A DNA stretch of 64,000 nt from an uncultured Alphaproteobacteria bacterium (GCA_963772335.1 CAVYXF010000001.1:1271853-1335852); one strand, 5' to 3'; counted from the first letter of the stretch, positions 38,463-49,196 are shown. A program made the numbers and translations. The notes: generated by a model from the sequence alone, not told the origin.

Positions 38463-39845
38463 CTATCCCGGCGGCCGGATGTTCTGGTTGATGCGGAAGA
38501 AGTTGGTGGGGTCGTATTTGCCTTTCAGCGCGACCAGCCGGTCGTAATTCTCTCCGTAGGTCGATTTGAGCCGGCTATCTCCTTCGTCGCCCATCATAAA
38601 ATTCACATAGCCACCGCCATCGGAGTATGGGCGAAGCGCCTCCCAATAGCGCTTGGTCCAGCCGGTGATCCGGGCGGCTTTGTGCGGGTCCTTGTCGATG
38701 CCGACGATAACCATCGACCAGGTTGCAGCGCGCGTGTTCCAAGCGGTGTCACCCTTGGCCACGCGATGCACAGCGCCATCGATCGGATAGAGATGCATCA
38801 TTGACAGCGCGCTCGGCAGCTCCCGCGCCTGGGCAATGTGAGCGTCGATGGCCTCGTCGCCGAGTTCGCTGACGAAATCGCCGCGCCAGTACCACTGCAT
38901 GCCCTTCGGCAGGAACGGATCGAACAGGGCTTGCAGCGCCGGGAAAGGCATTTCGCTCATCCAGTTGAAGAGCGGCGGGGGAAGCTCGCGCAACAGCCTG
39001 TCCATCACGGCCGCCCCTTCTGTCGCCGAACCGTTATAGCAGGCGACGATGGCGCAGGCCGGCTTGCCGCGATGCTCGGGCGGAAAGGGATCAACGGGAA
39101 GGACCGTCTTCAGACCGACGAAGGCGCCGAGTTCCTCCGGGGCCGTGGGCAGGAAATCCCGATATTTCCGCATTACGGTCCGGGCATGCTCCAGATCCCA
39201 GAAGATGGGACCGGCGAACACCTGCTTCACCGGATGTGCGCGGAACAGAAAGCTCGTCACGATGCCGAAATTGCCGCCGCCACCGCGCAGGCCCCAATAT
39301 AGATCGGCGTTGCGGGATGCATTGGCAGTAACGATTCTGCCGTCGGCGAGCACGACATCGGCCTCCAGCAAATTGTCGATGGTCAGGCCATATTTGCGGC
39401 TCAGATAGCCGATGCCGCCACCGAGGGTCAGACCGGCAACGCCCGTCGTCGAGACGATACCGAAGGGAACGGCCAGCCCGAAGGCGTGAGTGACATGATC
39501 GACGTCACCCGATGTGCAACCTGCCTCGACGCGCACCGTGGCGTTTGCCGGGTCAACCCGCACGCCCCTCATCATCGACATATCGATCATCAGCCCGTCA
39601 TCGACGCTGCCGAGGCCCGGCCCGTTATGCCCGCCACCTCGCACCGCAACACCGAGGCCTCTCTCCCGAGCGAACTCGACGGCGGTGACAACATCGACGA
39701 CGTCCGCGCACCTCGCGATCAACAGTGGGCGCTTGTCGATCATGGCATTGTAGAGTTTGCGCTGCTCGTCATAGTTGGAATCGTCCCGCTTGATCACCCG
39801 TCCGCGAAGGCTTTGTCTGAATTGCGCGATGAAATCGTCCTGCAT
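38463..39845 (-). CDS. FAD-linked oxidase (PCMH-type FAD-binding, berberine-bridge-enzyme-like)
   Basis: RGGGHN ... GGGNFGIVT FAD-binding domain-4 motifs, plus a BBE-like C-terminus. Confidence 0.8.
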   Translation of the reverse strand: MQDDFIAQFRQSLRGRVIKRDDSNYDEQRKLYNAMIDKRPLLIARCADVVDVVTAVEFARERGLGVAVRGGGHNGPGLGSVDDGLMIDMSMMRGVRVDPANATVRVEAGCTSGDVDHVTHAFGLAVPFGIVSTTGVAGLTLGGGIGYLSRKYGLTIDNLLEADVVLADGRIVTANASRNADLYWGLRGGGGNFGIVTSFLFRAHPVKQVFAGPIFWDLEHARTVMRKYRDFLPTAPEELGAFVGLKTVLPVDPFPPEHRGKPACAIVACYNGSATEGAAVMDRLLRELPPPLFNWMSEMPFPALQALFDPFLPKGMQWYWRGDFVSELGDEAIDAHIAQARELPSALSMMHLYPIDGAVHRVAKGDTAWNTRAATWSMVIVGIDKDPHKAARITGWTKRYWEALRPYSDGGGYVNFMMGDEGDSRLKSTYGENYDRLVALKGKYDPTNFFRINQNIRPPG

Positions 39846-40017
39846 TGATCCGCTCCGTGAAAACGCTCCTGGAGAGCGCGAGTAATGGCGCGGATACTAG
39901 ATCGGGATAGCAGGATCAGATATGCTCTGTCATCCAGATCTATTGATCTAAAGTTCAGCAATTGCAAGTGGTTGCTCATGCGTCCAGGTGAATTGATCGA
40001 TCGTCCGGAGAGGCGGC

Positions 40018-41016
40018 ATGGATGTGCTATCGGATGTACTGCTAGCCGTGCGGCTGACCGGAGCGGTCTTCTTCGATATTGAGGCGCGATCGCCTTTCGC
40101 GACCGAGAGTCCGCCGGTACAGGCCATCAGCGCCCGCGTGATGGCCGGTGCCGGACACGTGATTAGTTTCCATACCATGCTGGAAGGGTCGTGCTGGGCG
40201 GAAGCGATCGACCTGTTCCAGCCACCGGTGCATCTCATCGCCGGCGAGATCATCATCTATCCGCTAGGCGATCCCAACGTCCTGGCGTCTGCTCCCGGCA
40301 TGCGCGGCGAGCCCGATCCGGCGCTATACTACCGGCCGGCAAACCAGCAACTGCCATTCCCCTTGATGATGAACCTGGATACCGGCGCGGACAAATGCCG
40401 GTTCGTGTGCGGCTTTTTCGGCTGCGATGCACGTCCGTTCAATCCGTTGCTCACCGCCCTGCCGCGCATCCTTCATGCCCCACTCTCGGCGCAAAGCAGA
40501 GGCTTGCTGGAGAGCTTGATCAGCGTGGCGGTCCAGGAAAGCGAATATCAGACGGCCGGCCGCGAAGCGATGCTGGCGAAGGTTGCGGAATTGATGTTCG
40601 TCGAGGCGATGCGCAACCACATAGCCCGCCTGCCGGAGGACGCGCGGGGATGGTTTGCTGGACTGCGCGACGCGCAGATTGGCGCCGCCCTGCGCTTGAT
40701 CCATGCCCGCCCGTCCGAGGCTTGGACGCTGGAAAGCCTGGCGCGCGAGATCGGGATGTCACGGTCATCCTTTGCGCAGCGCTTCACCGCCTATATGGTG
40801 ATGCCTGCCATGCAATATCTCGCAAGATGGCGGCTGCAAGTCGCGGCCCGGCTTCTTGAAGCGCCGCATGTCAGTGTCGCCCAGGCGGCGGCTGAGGTAG
40901 GCTATCAGTCCGAAGCGGCATTCAATCGTGCGTTCAAGCGATATGCGGGCATCGCACCGGGCGCGTGGCGACGCGAACGTAGAGAACCGACCGCGTCGGC
41001 TGGCAAGCTCGGGTGA
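40018..41016 (+). CDS. AraC-family transcriptional regulator (N-terminal cupin/AraC-binding domain + C-terminal HTH)
   Basis: C-terminal HTH_18 motifs (WTLESLAREIGMSRSSFAQRF ... AAFNRAFKRYAGIAPGAWRR). Confidence 0.8.
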   Translation: MDVLSDVLLAVRLTGAVFFDIEARSPFATESPPVQAISARVMAGAGHVISFHTMLEGSCWAEAIDLFQPPVHLIAGEIIIYPLGDPNVLASAPGMRGEPDPALYYRPANQQLPFPLMMNLDTGADKCRFVCGFFGCDARPFNPLLTALPRILHAPLSAQSRGLLESLISVAVQESEYQTAGREAMLAKVAELMFVEAMRNHIARLPEDARGWFAGLRDAQIGAALRLIHARPSEAWTLESLAREIGMSRSSFAQRFTAYMVMPAMQYLARWRLQVAARLLEAPHVSVAQAAAEVGYQSEAAFNRAFKRYAGIAPGAWRRERREPTASAGKLG

Positions 41017-41165
41017 CAGCTGAGGTGGAGCAAGATTGGCTCTTCCGGGAGGACGGCAAGACCGCCACAGACGGCGATTTCATCCATGTCTATTTCGATC
41101 GCGCGAGCCGCCGCCCTGTCGCGCGGCCGGATGAGCTGCGCAAGGGTTTAGCGCCGCTGGTGTAA
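41017..41165 (+). pseudogene. Orphan 3' fragment (~48 codons) of a thioesterase paralog, ~85% nt-identical to the 3' end of the gene at 37992-38438
   Basis: GDFIHVYFDRASRRPVARPDELRKGLAPLV* versus GHFIHVYVDRASRRPVPLPDELRRALAPLVV* of the intact gene. It starts immediately at the AraC stop codon. Confidence 0.55.
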
Positions 41166-41181
41166 GCGGGATGGTCCCGTG

Positions 41182-42327
41182 TTACCGCCCGGTTTTGGGG
41201 CGATGCAGGTGCGGCGCGCTACTCAGTTCTCTCACCGAGCCGATGGCCGGCGGGGCGATCGAGGCGCGCTCGATCAGGGGGCACTCGAGCTTGGTCGGGC
41301 GGAACCGGGCTGCGGTGCTGGGTGTGAGCGACAGCGCCTTCTCCACCGCCCAGCGGCCCATCTCGCGATGCGGAAGCACCAAGGTGGTCAGTGGCGGCGT
41401 CAAATGCCGCGCGACCTCCTCGTCGTCATAGCCGATGACCGAGACGTCCCGCGGAATCGCGAGGCCGCGCTCTTTCAGCGCCTCGTAGCAGCCGACGGCC
41501 ATGCGATCGTTGGAGCAGAAAATCGCCGTCGGCGGGTCGGCTAAGTCCATCAGCGCATTGGTGTGCTCATAGCCGGCGCTGGTCTGCCAGTTGCCTTCAC
41601 GCACAAGGACAGGATCGAAGGGTATGTCGGCAGTGGCCAGTGCCTGGCGATAGCCCTGCAGCCGGTCCTTGGCGGCGTCCATCCACATTTCCCCGGTGAT
41701 GTGCGCGATCCGCCGATGCCCGGCGACGATCAGCACGTCCGTCGCCCGGTGGCCACCCGCAATCTCTCCAGGAAGGATGGTCGGGAAGGCATTGTCGCTC
41801 GAATAGCAATTCAGGAGCACCACGGGAATACTGACCTCGTGCAGGATCGGCGGGATCTCCACCTGCCGGGTCATGATGGTGGCATAGATGATAGCATCCA
41901 CCCCATTTCCGAGCGCCGCGCGGATTGTGAGCGGCTCCATCTCCGGATCATGGAACGTCTGGAAAGCGCAGACGATGTGCTCCAACTCCCAGGCCGCTTC
42001 CCACGCTCCGTCGATCGAGACCACCGCCTCTGGGCTTGTGGCGATGCGATCGAAGATGACGGCGATCTGCTGGATTTTGCTCACCGGTGCGGATCTGCTC
42101 TTCTGAGGGCGATAGCCAAGCTCTTCGATCGCGGCGAGGACCCGGTTGCGGGTCTCGGCTGAAATCTTGATTCTCGGCGTGTTGTTGAGCACCACGGAAA
42201 CCGTCGACTGCGAGCAGCTGGCGGCGCGGGCCACATCGGTCATGGTCACGCGCTTGCCGAGCCGGCGCTCGGCGATGTCGGCGCCGACGTTGTGCGAAAG
42301 GCTGTCGCTGTCGTTCTCGTGCATCAA
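41182..42327 (-). CDS. LacI-family transcriptional regulator
   Basis: N-terminal HTH (VTMTDVARAASCSQSTVSVVLNN) and a periplasmic-binding-fold sugar-binding domain. Divergent from the sugar ABC operon. Confidence 0.85.
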   Translation of the reverse strand: MMHENDSDSLSHNVGADIAERRLGKRVTMTDVARAASCSQSTVSVVLNNTPRIKISAETRNRVLAAIEELGYRPQKSRSAPVSKIQQIAVIFDRIATSPEAVVSIDGAWEAAWELEHIVCAFQTFHDPEMEPLTIRAALGNGVDAIIYATIMTRQVEIPPILHEVSIPVVLLNCYSSDNAFPTILPGEIAGGHRATDVLIVAGHRRIAHITGEMWMDAAKDRLQGYRQALATADIPFDPVLVREGNWQTSAGYEHTNALMDLADPPTAIFCSNDRMAVGCYEALKERGLAIPRDVSVIGYDDEEVARHLTPPLTTLVLPHREMGRWAVEKALSLTPSTAARFRPTKLECPLIERASIAPPAIGSVRELSSAPHLHRPKTGR

Positions 42328-42772
42328 GCCCGTCTTACGATGACATCACGGAATGCGGCCTGCGGAGGCTGCAAAAAATACTAATGAAAGTTTACAGATA
42401 TTAGTCCCTAATAGCTAGCACGGGGCAGCTCTGGCTTGTACGATCGCTGCGGCTCAGGAGCCCAACGGGAGGACGTGCCGCTCCAGGCATCCTATAGTAT
42501 TATTATTTGAGATTTGACTTGGCGGGCACCTTTCAGGATTCTGTTGAGCACGCCGCCGGGATAGGAAGTTAGACAATGGCACCCGCGCCAAACATCAAGG
42601 AGGACAACAAACCACGAGAAGCATGGCACGGCTGCCAGCATCACGGCTTTGCCCTTGCACGCAAGGGTGAGCGTCCGGTCCAAACCCGTTCGATGCTGTG
42701 ATGGCGCGCAGCAATTTCACACCAGCAATGAAGACCAAAGAGGCCATGAGCCTCAAAGCCTGGGAGGTTGAC

Positions 42773-43828
42773 ATGAAACGCATCATACTTACCGGCGTCG
42801 CCGCGATCGTAGCTCTCGCGGCTGTTACGGCGAATGCGCAGGAGAAAAAGAGCCTGGCCTTCGTCGTCAACGGGGCGTCGGACTTCTGGAAGATCGCCGA
42901 AGCCGGCGTGAAGAAGGCTCAGAGCGAGCTTCCGAAATACGAGCTTTCGCTGAAATATCCGGAGCAGTCCTCCGCCGCGATCCAGCAGCGGCTGATGGAC
43001 GACCTCGTTGCCGCCGGCACGGCTGCGATCATGGTGAGCGCCGTCGATCCGAAGACCTCAACAGAAGCCCTCAACCGCGTGGCAAGCCATGTGCCGCTGT
43101 TCACCACGGATAGCGACGCGCCGGACAGCAAGCGCATCGCCTATATCGGCTCGTCTAACGTCGATCTCGGCAAGGATGCGGGCGGGCTGATGAAGAAGGC
43201 CTTACCGAATGGTGGCAAATGCATGGGCTTCGTCGGCCTGCCGGGCGCCGACAATGCCCGCGAGCGCATCGAGGGTATCCGCGCAGCCCTCAAGGGCTCG
43301 AAAGTCGAGCTGGTGGACGTGCGCGGCGACGACATCGACCAGACCCGCGCCAAGCGCAATGTCGAGGACGCCCTTGCCGCCAACAAGAATATCGACTGCA
43401 TGGTCGGCATTTACTCCTATAACACCCCGCGCATTTACGAGGTGCTGAAGGAAGCCGGACAGCTGGACAAGATCAAGATCATAGGCTTTGACGAGGATCC
43501 GATCACACTCGGCGGTGTTCGCGAGGGCACCATCGTCGGCACCGTCGTGCAGAACCCCTATCAGTGGGGCTATCAGGGCATGAAGCTGATGGCCGCCTAC
43601 CTCGAAGGCGACAAGTCCGGCATCCCGTCCAATGGCCTGATCATCGTGCCGGGTCAGGTGATCGAGAAAGCCAATGTCGATGCATTCGAGAAGGAGCTGA
43701 AGGCCCAGAGTCAGCGGCAAATAGACGAGGAGAGGCCGGCGGAGCGTTTGGCGCAGCGCCGGCCTCAGGTCTTTGGCCCGGAGCGCCCATCCGGGCTGCT
43801 TCGGTCCGCTGTTCCTCCTGCCACGTGA
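42773..43828 (+). CDS. Sugar ABC transporter substrate-binding protein (RbsB/monosaccharide type)
   Basis: GGGAGG RBS, signal peptide, PBP type I fold. The C-terminal ~35 aa low-complexity tail may be over-extension. Confidence 0.75.
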   Translation: MKRIILTGVAAIVALAAVTANAQEKKSLAFVVNGASDFWKIAEAGVKKAQSELPKYELSLKYPEQSSAAIQQRLMDDLVAAGTAAIMVSAVDPKTSTEALNRVASHVPLFTTDSDAPDSKRIAYIGSSNVDLGKDAGGLMKKALPNGGKCMGFVGLPGADNARERIEGIRAALKGSKVELVDVRGDDIDQTRAKRNVEDALAANKNIDCMVGIYSYNTPRIYEVLKEAGQLDKIKIIGFDEDPITLGGVREGTIVGTVVQNPYQWGYQGMKLMAAYLEGDKSGIPSNGLIIVPGQVIEKANVDAFEKELKAQSQRQIDEERPAERLAQRRPQVFGPERPSGLLRSAVPPAT

Positions 43829-43834
43829 GCTGCC

Positions 43835-45325
43835 TTGCTGGATCTCGTCAATATTTCCAAGACATATCCGGGCGTCGTCGCGCTCGACCATGTGGATTTC
43901 TCCGTTCAGCCGGGGGAGGTCATCGGGCTGGTCGGTGAGAACGGCGCCGGCAAATCGACGCTGATGAAAATCCTCGGCGGCGTGGTCGCCCCGAGCACCG
44001 GTGTGATAAGGCTTGATGGCACGAGCTATCCGGCTCTGACCGTAGCCGACGCCATGGCGGGCGGCATCGCCTTCGTGCACCAGGAGCTCAACCTCTTCGA
44101 AAACCTCGATGTCGCCGGGAATATCCTGATTGGCCGCGAGCCGCTTCGAGGCGGTCCCTTCCGATTGATGGACCGCCAGGCCATGGAGGCCCAGGTTCGC
44201 CCGATCCTTGAGCGGCTCGGCGCCGACTTCAGTCCGAACGCACCGCTCTCCGAGCTGTCTCTCGCGCAGATGCAATTGGTGGAGATCGCCAAGGCACTCT
44301 CCCTGAATGCCCGGCTTGTAATCCTCGATGAGCCAACGTCAAGCCTGACACTCTCGGAGACCGAAAGGCTGCTCCGCGTGATCGGCGAGCTGAAGGCCAG
44401 CGGCGTCGGTGTGGTGTTCATCTCGCACCGGCTTCATGAGGTCGAGCGCTGCTGCGACCGGGTCGTCGTGCTGCGCGACGGGCGAGTCGTCGGGACGCTG
44501 ACTGGGGAGCGCATCCAGCATGAGGAGATGATCCGGCTGATGATCGGGCGCGATCTGCGCTCGCTTTACATCCCGCCGCAGGCACAACCGGGCGATGTTA
44601 TGCTGGAAATCGAGGGCGTGCGGACCTCAACCTATCCCGATCAGACCGTCGGCCTCGCGATAAGGCGCGGCGAGATCGTCGGCCTTGCCGGCCTTGTTGG
44701 ATCGGGCCGCACCGAGCTGGCACGCGCCATCTTCGGCATTGACCGGATGCTGGACGGTCAGGTCCGGCTTGGCGGTGAGCCGATCCGGATCAGTTCGACA
44801 CGCGATGCTATCGACCACGGGCTGTTCCTCGTGCCCGAGGACCGCAAGCGCGCCGGCGTGCTGCTCGACCTGCCGGTCGCGGCGAATATCACCCTGCCGG
44901 ACCTCGTCTCCTATTCCCCTGCCTATATTGTGGATTTGGCTCTGGAGACGACGCGCGCCGAGCAGCAAAAGCGCAGCCTTGGCATCCGTGCACCATCGGT
45001 TGCGACGCTGGTCAAATCCTTGTCGGGCGGCAATCAGCAGAAGGTGGTTCTAGCGAAATGGCTGGCGATGCGTCCGCGTGCCTTGATCTTCGATGAGCCG
45101 ACGCGGGGCATCGATGTCGGCGCCAAGGGGGAGATCTATGGACTGATGCGCAACCTCGCTGATAACGGCGTCGCCATTCTCATGATCTCCAGCGACATGG
45201 AAGAGGTGATCGGGGTGAGCGACCGGGTTCTGGTCATGCATGAAGGTGCGATCAGCGGCCGGCTCGCCCGGGAACAGCTCAGCGAGCAGAACATCCTGCG
45301 GCTTGCCGTCGGAAAGAGGATTTAG
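43835..45325 (+). CDS. Sugar ABC transporter ATP-binding protein (duplicated ABC domains, RbsA/MglA-like)
   Basis: Two Walker A/signature sets (GENGAGKST ... ; GLVGSGRTE ... LSGGNQQK). Confidence 0.85.
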   Translation: MLDLVNISKTYPGVVALDHVDFSVQPGEVIGLVGENGAGKSTLMKILGGVVAPSTGVIRLDGTSYPALTVADAMAGGIAFVHQELNLFENLDVAGNILIGREPLRGGPFRLMDRQAMEAQVRPILERLGADFSPNAPLSELSLAQMQLVEIAKALSLNARLVILDEPTSSLTLSETERLLRVIGELKASGVGVVFISHRLHEVERCCDRVVVLRDGRVVGTLTGERIQHEEMIRLMIGRDLRSLYIPPQAQPGDVMLEIEGVRTSTYPDQTVGLAIRRGEIVGLAGLVGSGRTELARAIFGIDRMLDGQVRLGGEPIRISSTRDAIDHGLFLVPEDRKRAGVLLDLPVAANITLPDLVSYSPAYIVDLALETTRAEQQKRSLGIRAPSVATLVKSLSGGNQQKVVLAKWLAMRPRALIFDEPTRGIDVGAKGEIYGLMRNLADNGVAILMISSDMEEVIGVSDRVLVMHEGAISGRLAREQLSEQNILRLAVGKRI

Positions 45326-45401
45326 CCATGCAAGGCGGGGCTGAGCGGATGATACACTTAATGAGACCGAGGCTTGCCGAACTGCCAGCGAGAGCTGCCA
45401 T

Positions 45402-46397
45402 ATGCTGAAAAAGGATCTAGGTCTTCTCCTCCTGATTTTGATCGTCGGCGCGATCGTCGCCACGATTAATCCGCGCTTCCTGTCTCCCATCAATCTGTCG
45501 AACACCGCCAATCTGATCGGGCTGTTTGGCCTGTTCTCGCTGGCACAGGCCTTTGTCATCATCTCGGGCGGCATCGAGTTGTCGGTTGGATCGATCATCG
45601 CGCTGCTTGGCGTCGTCTTCATCGACCTGATCGCCAATGTCGGCGTTCACTGGACGCTCGCCGTTCCGATCGTGGTGCTGATTGGCGTTGCGATGGGCAT
45701 GGTCCACGGCCTGCTGATCACCCGGATGGGAATGCAGCCTTTCGTCGTGACGCTTTGCGGCCTCTTGATCTATCGCGGCATCGCCCGGTTCTACACCAAG
45801 GATGCCACGGAAGGTTTCGCCTTCGGCCAATCCTTTCCGACGTTGGAATGGCTGACGACGGGGCGCACCTTCGGCGTGCCGCACAGTGCCATCGCCTTTG
45901 CGATCGTGGCGCTCGCGCTCGCCGTTCTGCTGCACCGCTCCGTCTATGGCAGATACCTGTTTGCCGTCGGCAAGAACGAGGAGGCAGCGCGTTATTCCGG
46001 CATCCGCACCCACCGCATCACCATCGCGGCCTATGTGATCTGCTGCGGCCTCACGGCTTTTGCGGCGATCTTCATCGCCATGTACACCCGCTCGATCTCG
46101 CCGGCCTCGCACGGCAACTTCTATGAGCTTTATGCGATCGCCGCCGCCGTGCTTGGCGGATGCTCGCTGCGTGGCGGCGAAGGCTCGGTGCTTGGTGTCG
46201 TGCTGGGCACCATCCTGCTGCAGGTGTTGCAGAACCTCGTCAATCTGCTCGGCATCCCCTCATCGCTCAACTTTGCGGTGATGGGCGGCGTTATCCTGCT
46301 TGGCGTGCTCGCCGACCAGCAGCTCATCGCCTACCGGCAGCGCTCTGCCAGCACCCGCCCGGCACGGGCGCAGACGTCGCCGGCAGCCACGGCGTGA
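45402..46397 (+). CDS. Sugar ABC transporter permease (RbsC/BPD_transp_2 family)
   Basis: Multi-TM, with branched-chain/ribose-type permease blocks. Confidence 0.8.
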   Translation: MLKKDLGLLLLILIVGAIVATINPRFLSPINLSNTANLIGLFGLFSLAQAFVIISGGIELSVGSIIALLGVVFIDLIANVGVHWTLAVPIVVLIGVAMGMVHGLLITRMGMQPFVVTLCGLLIYRGIARFYTKDATEGFAFGQSFPTLEWLTTGRTFGVPHSAIAFAIVALALAVLLHRSVYGRYLFAVGKNEEAARYSGIRTHRITIAAYVICCGLTAFAAIFIAMYTRSISPASHGNFYELYAIAAAVLGGCSLRGGEGSVLGVVLGTILLQVLQNLVNLLGIPSSLNFAVMGGVILLGVLADQQLIAYRQRSASTRPARAQTSPAATA

Positions 46398-46692
46398 GGG
46401 GCTCGACGCGCTCGCTGAGCCACGGAGTGAGGTGAAACGGCCGCAGCGATGGCTCTGGAGGTGAGCATGAAGGTGACGACGTGGTGCCACGCGCTTGGCC
46501 CCGCGCGGCAATGACAAACCACGACACGTTTACCCGCCGCTGAAGCGGCGCTTCGCGATGCTTCAGATGCCCCCTATCGTTGTTGGGTAAGAGAGGGCGG
46601 AAGACGCGCCGAACGGCAGCGCGCCCGAATCCGTGTTCGCGGAACCCCAAACTGTCGAATTCATTCGGCGTGGAAGGAGAACAGCAGCTGGC

Positions 46693-47877
46693 ATGGACGC
46701 GCTGAAGATTATCCTCGGCACAAGTGGGGGGATCGCGTTCCTGGCGGTCGTCACGGCCGCCCTACTCGTGCCCCGTCGGCGCACGGCCAACACCCCTGCG
46801 CCCGTGCCGATCGACCCATCTGAGCACGCCAAAGTGATCTCGGCGTTGCGGCCACCAAAACGTGAGCGGCCGGTCGTCGCCATCGTGGCGTCGAACGAAG
46901 CAACCGAAATCAGCGATTTCCTCTCCACCTACGGCGTGCTTTCCCGCTCCGGGGTCGCTGATGTCACCGTGGTCGCCGCCCGGGCAGCGCCGGTGCGGCT
47001 CGATCCACTCAGTCTCGCACCAGTGCGGCTCTATTCTGGAACGCTCTGGGTCGAGCCCCAGGCGACGATGGGCGACTTCGATCTGCGCCATCCGGGCGGC
47101 GCCGACTACGTCGTCGTGCCAGCCATTGAGCCGAGAGATGACCCTGCGATCACGACCTGGATCGCTGCCAAACCCCGCGAGGGCGCGAAGATCGTGGCGG
47201 TCTGCAACGGCTCGCTCACACTCGCTGCGGCCGGCCTGCTCGACGGCCGGCGGGCCACCGCGCATGGAGCGGCATCGCACTGGAGCGGCATCGCGCAGCT
47301 CCTGAAGGCACATCCGACCATGCAGTGGGTGCGGGACCGGCGCTATGTGATCGACGATGGCGTCATGACATCGACGGGGATCACGGGGTCGATCCCGGCG
47401 ATGGTGGCCCTTGTGGAGGCAATCGGCGGGCAGCCGAAAGCCGAACAACTTGCCACCGGTCTTGGGCTCGACCACTGGGACGAGCGCCACCAAACTTCGG
47501 CGTTCCAGCTTACCGGTGAGCACCGGAAGACGTTCGTGCGCAACCTGCTCTCCCTCTGGCGACATGAAACCGTGGGCGTTCCCATCAGCGAGGGCGTGGA
47601 CGAGACCGCGCTGGGTCTGATGGTTGATGTATACGCGCGCACGGGGCTGGCCAGGGTCGTCACGGTTTTCGGCGGCCGCAATGCGGTGCGCAGCAGGCAC
47701 GGTCTGATCATCCGCGCAGAAACGTCGTCTTCGGCCGCAAAGGTTGACCTGCTGCTGCCGCCACTGCCTCCGGAGAAGCCGGCACAGGCGATCGAGTGGC
47801 ATCTGTCGCAAATCGCCGCGCGCTACGGCCGCGCGACAGCTGCGTTCGTGGCCCTCACGATGGAGTATCCCTGGTAA
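46693..47877 (+). CDS. DJ-1/PfpI (class I glutamine amidotransferase-like) domain protein with N-terminal TM and C-terminal unknown domain
   Basis: VAIVASNEATEISDF ... IVAVCNGSLTLAAAGLLDGRRATAH is the DJ-1/PfpI nucleophile-elbow region. Confidence 0.55.
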   Translation: MDALKIILGTSGGIAFLAVVTAALLVPRRRTANTPAPVPIDPSEHAKVISALRPPKRERPVVAIVASNEATEISDFLSTYGVLSRSGVADVTVVAARAAPVRLDPLSLAPVRLYSGTLWVEPQATMGDFDLRHPGGADYVVVPAIEPRDDPAITTWIAAKPREGAKIVAVCNGSLTLAAAGLLDGRRATAHGAASHWSGIAQLLKAHPTMQWVRDRRYVIDDGVMTSTGITGSIPAMVALVEAIGGQPKAEQLATGLGLDHWDERHQTSAFQLTGEHRKTFVRNLLSLWRHETVGVPISEGVDETALGLMVDVYARTGLARVVTVFGGRNAVRSRHGLIIRAETSSSAAKVDLLLPPLPPEKPAQAIEWHLSQIAARYGRATAAFVALTMEYPW

Positions 47878-48525
47878 GCAACGACGACAGCGGAGGTGCG
47901 GGAGTGATCCGTTTCAGGCAATAGCGAACTGCGCCGCTTGCCACTCTATCGACCGCATGCCTTTGTTGTGGAGGTCGTCGTCGATAAACGCCGCCCGCCA
48001 GCGGCCGTTTCGAACGCTTTACGAGCGCCGATTTCCAAGCAAAATCCGCAACTCGACCTGCCGGAGCTTGGCGAAGCTAAGCCTACGGCTCCAACTGGTC
48101 TGGCGAATGTCCGGCTCCGTACATTGTGTTCAAAACGGCCCAAAAATAATCTACGAATGTCATGAAGTTGGCCTCATTTGGAAGAATGCGAGCAGGAAGC
48201 CAGCGGATCGTGTGAGACGCATCCTCCTCTGCCGTGGCCCTTCTCCGGCACCGGTCAGAAGCCGACAGCTCGGATCGGCGCCGCACGCGGCCTCTCACGT
48301 CGTCACTGTTCTCAGTCGTCATATTCCAAATCGGTCAGCTTTCCTGATGGACGGCACCGTTCCGTCTTGATCATCGGCGACACAGTCTCGCCCCCTCTTT
48401 GGGACTGTGTCCGGGCGCCTCTCCCCTCGGAGGCGTCAACAGGCCTGGTGCAGCAGGCTCGGACCATCCACCCCGACCGCTGCATAAGGTCATAATTTGG
48501 AGAGCGATCTGTGCACCGATGAGGT

Positions 48526-48981
48526 TTGGCATTGCGTCATCCGATCCTACTGAAGGAAACGCCAATTTTGCTGAAGGGGGCGCCCGTCCTGGTCGCGGAG
48601 GACGACCTCCTTCAGGCCCTCGACATTGCGGAATCGCTGAAGGAGGCCGGAGCAACGGTAATCGGCCCGGTTTCCCGTCTTGATGACGCCCTGCTGCTGG
48701 TGCGGCGCGGCAAGTGCAGTGCGGCAATTCTCGATTTTCGCTTAGGCGATGCAAACATCATCCCGCTCGGCCAAGAGCTCTTTCGCCGCAACATCCCGTT
48801 TGTGATCCATACCGGTTATGACTGCACTGGCGTGCTCCCCGGCCAATGGCGCGGCTGCAAGCTGATCTGGAAGCCGGCCAATATCCGCTACCTCGTGCAA
48901 ACCGTGGCTGCCCTGGTGCGCTGGACACGCTGCCTTGCGTACACGTTCCGGGAGACAGCCCAGGCCCACAGCCCGTTCTAA
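48526..48981 (+). CDS. Orphan single-domain response-regulator receiver protein
   Basis: VLVAEDDLLQALDIAESLKEAGATVIGPV ... AAILDFRLGD ... VIHTGYD is the receiver-domain pattern. The start codon (TTG at 48526 or internal) is uncertain. Confidence 0.5.
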   Translation: MALRHPILLKETPILLKGAPVLVAEDDLLQALDIAESLKEAGATVIGPVSRLDDALLLVRRGKCSAAILDFRLGDANIIPLGQELFRRNIPFVIHTGYDCTGVLPGQWRGCKLIWKPANIRYLVQTVAALVRWTRCLAYTFRETAQAHSPF

Positions 48982-49196
48982 AAACGTATCCGCTGCGCGG
49001 AAATCGACGTATCGAGACTTCAGGCTTGCAGCGCTGATCCCCCCCGCGCAGGTGATAAGTGACAAAAGGCCTTTGTCTTAGAACCTTTCCGCCGCCAATC
49101 CGTTAAAATTATATGCAGGCGCGCAAGGTCCGCAGTTGAGCTGCGATTGTCTAGTTGCGCGCCATTTCACCCGACACGAAAGGAGGAACACGCGTC

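Noticed and set aside
43202-44275. 357-aa - ORF over the sugar SBP/ATPase genes
   Set aside because: Antisense to genes with clear ABC motifs.
46762-47811. 349-aa - ORF over the DJ-1/PfpI gene
   Set aside because: Antisense. Arg/Pro-rich low complexity.
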